64,000 bases of DNA from Candidatus Levyibacteriota bacterium (lineage in GTDB: Bacteria; Patescibacteriota; Microgenomatia; Levybacterales; GWA1-39-11), in the NCBI GenBank assembly GCA_039738415.1, contig JBCLLY010000005.1, positions 4,306 to 68,305 on the forward strand, written 5' to 3'. Positions 60,775-64,000 of the stretch are shown piece after piece (position 1 is the first letter of the stretch; every line of letters begins with the position of its first letter). The notes beneath the pieces are model-generated. The model had not been told where the DNA came from, did not search any database, and saw only the letters and a program-made list of their open reading frames with translations. A program made the translations under genes and the position numbers.

Positions 60775-61811
60775 TTTGTAATTATATCTAAAATTTTAAA
60801 GTTCCATATAGTCCTGTGAGTTTTTCCTTCTCTCCCAAGAAATTCTTTTCTGTGTTTTTTATACCAGTCGTAGCTCTCTATAAGAATCTCCGTGTTGGAT
60901 TTAGTTGGCTTAAAGCCAAGTTTTTTCTGGGCTTTTTCGGTAGAAACATATGAATTAACGGGAAAAGTTTTATAGTGCCATGCGACAATTGGAGATATAC
61001 GGAGTTTTTCAAGAACGGCAAGTATCAGTTGAGATGGAATTACGGGAAGTCCGATTATTTTTGATTTAGACCTTGCGTGTTTAATAAGTGCGGAAAGATC
61101 ATCGCGCCAAGTTCCAAATTTATCAGTCCCTGCATTGAATATCTCACCCTTTATTTTTGTTGTTAATGTTTTTTCGATAAGACTGCATAAGTCCAAAACC
61201 TCAAGAAGTTGATATAAATTCTTTCCAGCTCCCAAAATAAAAACAGGCTTATTGTTAAATATCGCCTCAAACCAAATAGTAAAAACTCCTAAGCGCTCTG
61301 GACCTAAAAAGGTTTTCGGGCGGATAATATTTATACTAAGTCCTTTTTTAAAATACTGCATGCATAGTTTTTCACCCTCAGCCTTTGACTCGCCGTAAAA
61401 TCCTATCGGGTGAAGTGCACTAGTTTCTCTTTCCGGTAAATCATCCGGGATTCCATACATTGCAGTTGTTGAAATAAAGGTTAGTTTTTTTACTTTGTTT
61501 TTAAGTGATGCCTCGAGAATATTTCTAGTGCCGTCAATGTTTACTTTAAATATATAATCGCGGTCGTTGTGAATTGGGAGTGCTGCTGCTGCATGGACAA
61601 CAAAGTCAGGTTTTAATTTAGAAAAAAATTGATTAACACTTTTTCTATCTGTGATATTTACATTTATTACATCAACTTTATTTTTAATGTCATCTGCGGT
61701 AAGAGGTGCAGTATCAAGAAGAATTACTTTATACTTTTGTTTGAGAAAATGACGCGCAAGATGAACTCCTAAAAATCCCGTACCTCCTGTAACAAGAACT
61801 GTTTTTTCCAT
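60765..61811 (-). CDS. NAD-dependent epimerase/dehydratase (SDR family)
   Basis: VLVTGGTGFLGVHLARH Rossmann motif and the YGESK catalytic YxxxK. Confidence 0.85.
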   Translation of the reverse strand: MEKTVLVTGGTGFLGVHLARHFLKQKYKVILLDTAPLTADDIKNKVDVINVNITDRKSVNQFFSKLKPDFVVHAAAALPIHNDRDYIFKVNIDGTRNILEASLKNKVKKLTFISTTAMYGIPDDLPERETSALHPIGFYGESKAEGEKLCMQYFKKGLSINIIRPKTFLGPERLGVFTIWFEAIFNNKPVFILGAGKNLYQLLEVLDLCSLIEKTLTTKIKGEIFNAGTDKFGTWRDDLSALIKHARSKSKIIGLPVIPSQLILAVLEKLRISPIVAWHYKTFPVNSYVSTEKAQKKLGFKPTKSNTEILIESYDWYKKHRKEFLGREGKTHRTIWNFKILDIITKWL

Positions 61812-61934
61812 AGGGATTATTCTACAATTAACTTTTGCTCAAAACAACAATAAAAATTAATATCATACAATAAATAATTTATTTTCTTTTTCATTCTTTT
61901 TCAAAATTACATAAAAAAAATCAAAATTAGAGAA

Positions 61935-63566
61935 TTATTTTAATACATAAATCATAAGCGGTTCATCACTACTGAATAAAAAGGTGTTAATCAATTGTGC
62001 ATTATTTATGTAATTACTTAAACATTCATGTCTCTTGATGTTTGTGGTAAAAAGTATTATATTTTTTTGTCTTAATATCGTATTGCTACAGTCATCAGCA
62101 ATATTTTCTGCGTTTAATCCGGGATAATAGTAATGAAGATTATCATTTATAGATATGTAGTAAGAAGGATTAGTATCAAACAGCAGGATTCCGCTTTGTA
62201 ATATTTCCTTCTGAAAATTTGTCTCGAGCCATTTAATAAGTACAAAATGGCGGTGCCGTTCTCCTCCGATTTTTGAATTTAAATAGATATACTGATAATA
62301 TAGACCTAAAGACAACATAAAAATCACAATAACTATAATAATTTTTTTTGCCTGCGGTAGATGTAGGAGTATTTGATGTACAATGATTCCGGCGAACGTT
62401 ATTATTATAGGAATGATAATAAGTGAACGGTGGATGCGAAAATCAATTGAGTTAAAAGAATACCCATGAGATATGGTGGCAAAAATAATTACCCCAATTG
62501 CCCATACTCCTGCAACAAAATATTTTTTTCCGAACTGAAAGGATAAAAGAGCAAGAATAACAACAAAAATCGTAAGGGATAATAGTGAGGTACTAAAGGG
62601 ATTTAAGGCGTGTCCGTTAATAAAATATGCAAATGAATTGTTAAGTTCAGTAAAAATATCAATCGACTCTGTGCTCGCACTAATTATATGAATATCATTT
62701 CTAATAAATAACGAAGATATAAATAGTAATAATGTTATAACCGTGCTAAGCATAAATAAAAGCTTGTGTAATTTTGGTACTGATTTTTCAAAAATGAAAA
62801 AGAACATATAAAAAGAAGAAAGAAAAACTACAGCTAGTCCCGTAGTGTAAGAAAATATTAGGTAATAATTTACAGCAAGTAAGAGAAGTATGTATCTAAT
62901 ATTTCCTTTGCTTAAATATAATAGATAGAAGCCTATTTGAATTAGGGTGAATATTGTTGGAAAAATTCCCAATTCGTATGCAAACAAAAAATAATTAAAG
63001 TAGTAAAAATTAGGAAGCATTGCAATGGAAAAAGAAGTAGCAATGTCAGTATTTCTTTTCTCTCGAAAATATTCTATTAATGAAGAAGAAAAGATGGTAA
63101 TACCGCAAAAAATATAAATCCACCCACCGAAATTCAGAGCAAAAAGAGAGCGGCCTAGAATTAATGAAGGCAAAGATGGGAGAATAAATATTCTAGCGGG
63201 ATATCCAAAGTGACATGTTGAATTATATCCAAATCCCGAAAGAGAATACTGAGAAAGCTTGCAAGTAATTTCTTGAGCAGCTTCATAGTGACTATTAATA
63301 GGAAGGATAATAGCTAATAAACTGACTCCGACTAATATTGAATAGGCACAAAGAGTGAGTATGTACTTTTTGTGAAAAGCAAAAAAAATTAGTCCTTTGA
63401 ATTTTTTTAGCGCTTCGATTAAAATAAATAGAAATAGACATGCCCATAGGACTGTCCCTATTTCTCCAAACGAGGTAAATTTATACGACAGCGGCTCAAT
63501 GATGAAGAGCGAGAGAAGAATAAATAGTAAAGTAAAATTGTATATTGAAGACGTATTTTTCCCCAT
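61935..63566 (-). CDS. polytopic membrane protein, possible GT-C-type glycosyltransferase
   Basis: 543 aa with more than 10 TM helices and a small soluble C-terminal domain. The function call rests on architecture only. Confidence 0.5.
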   Translation of the reverse strand: MGKNTSSIYNFTLLFILLSLFIIEPLSYKFTSFGEIGTVLWACLFLFILIEALKKFKGLIFFAFHKKYILTLCAYSILVGVSLLAIILPINSHYEAAQEITCKLSQYSLSGFGYNSTCHFGYPARIFILPSLPSLILGRSLFALNFGGWIYIFCGITIFSSSLIEYFREKRNTDIATSFSIAMLPNFYYFNYFLFAYELGIFPTIFTLIQIGFYLLYLSKGNIRYILLLLAVNYYLIFSYTTGLAVVFLSSFYMFFFIFEKSVPKLHKLLFMLSTVITLLLFISSLFIRNDIHIISASTESIDIFTELNNSFAYFINGHALNPFSTSLLSLTIFVVILALLSFQFGKKYFVAGVWAIGVIIFATISHGYSFNSIDFRIHRSLIIIPIIITFAGIIVHQILLHLPQAKKIIIVIVIFMLSLGLYYQYIYLNSKIGGERHRHFVLIKWLETNFQKEILQSGILLFDTNPSYYISINDNLHYYYPGLNAENIADDCSNTILRQKNIILFTTNIKRHECLSNYINNAQLINTFLFSSDEPLMIYVLK

Positions 63567-63587
63567 CAGTTCTAATAGTAGCAGTTT

Positions 63588-64000
63588 TTAACGAGAAATA
63601 CTTACACCATTGATATTAAATAACCCTGCAATTACTGAATAAAATTTTACTAATAATTGTCCCTGCTCTGTAATTCTATATCTACTTCCAGTTTTCTTAA
63701 TATCGCCAGTAATTTCTTGCTCATGAAATCGTTTACTTACCCCTCCATATTCACGTAGATATTTTTCCGTAATCGCTTGTTCAATTTCTTGATTAGTAAA
63801 AGATTTATGTGCATATTTATCCATATATTTGAGTATAAAAATTGAAAGAGATCGATCTTCCGTTACTGGAATATGAGTAAATAAAACCATATTAAGAGAG
63901 AAAAGTATAACAATACTTAAGAGCACATCTTTATATGTGAAAAAACTATTGTGTACAAAACGCTTGAATAACAATAATGATATGAAGATTATAGTGCAAG
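63588..64000 (-). CDS. hypothetical protein with N-terminal TM segment; the frame remains open upstream to the window edge, so the 5' end may lie outside the window
   Basis: The track ORF starts at TTG 63974, but the frame remains open to nt 64000. Confidence 0.4.
   Translation of the reverse strand, partial: CTIIFISLLLFKRFVHNSFFTYKDVLLSIVILFSLNMVLFTHIPVTEDRSLSIFILKYMDKYAHKSFTNQEIEQAITEKYLREYGGVSKRFHEQEITGDIKKTGSRYRITEQGQLLVKFYSVIAGLFNINGVSISR

Overview
Low-GC bacterial chromosome segment that starts at the replication-origin region: dnaA, a DnaA-box cluster, then dnaN. The gene content looks like a reduced-genome Patescibacteria/CPR-type organism. That assignment is inference from content only; no search was run. 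The main feature is a roughly 16.5-kb run of minus-strand genes (3.3-19.7 kb) encoding a Gram-positive/conjugation-like type IV secretion-pilus apparatus. It includes a VirB4 ATPase, a PrgI/VirB3-like protein, a VirB1-like lytic transglycosylase, four proteins sharing one pilin-like two-TM module, and several large orphan proteins. A putative VirB6-like membrane protein (24.6-27.1 kb) and a VirD4/TraD-like coupling ATPase (41.3-43.7 kb) are encoded separately. I saw no relaxase or integrase. Other content: nrdR plus a B12-dependent nrdJ split by a LAGLIDADG intein; a cobalamin riboswitch in front of a PduO-type adenosyltransferase; comF; tmRNA and smpB; a SpoIID-like protein; three tRNAs including tRNA-Ile(UAU); two GIY-YIG genes around a tRNA-Ser; Ni-SOD with its maturation protease; FemAB, UvrD/PcrA, tpiA and LCP genes; and envelope-glycosylation genes. 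Unusual sequence-level features are listed below.
- Phased 8-nt repeat arrays abut five start codons.
- A poly-C(9) tract has an open -1 frame that joins a 1236-aa protein to a glycosyltransferase.
- An A7-tract frameshift splits an AAA-wHTH regulator.
- Two families of structured palindromic repeats are present.
- A 19-nt duplication of the tmRNA 5' end lies upstream of the gene.
- Heptanucleotide repeats sit inside the femAB-like CDS.
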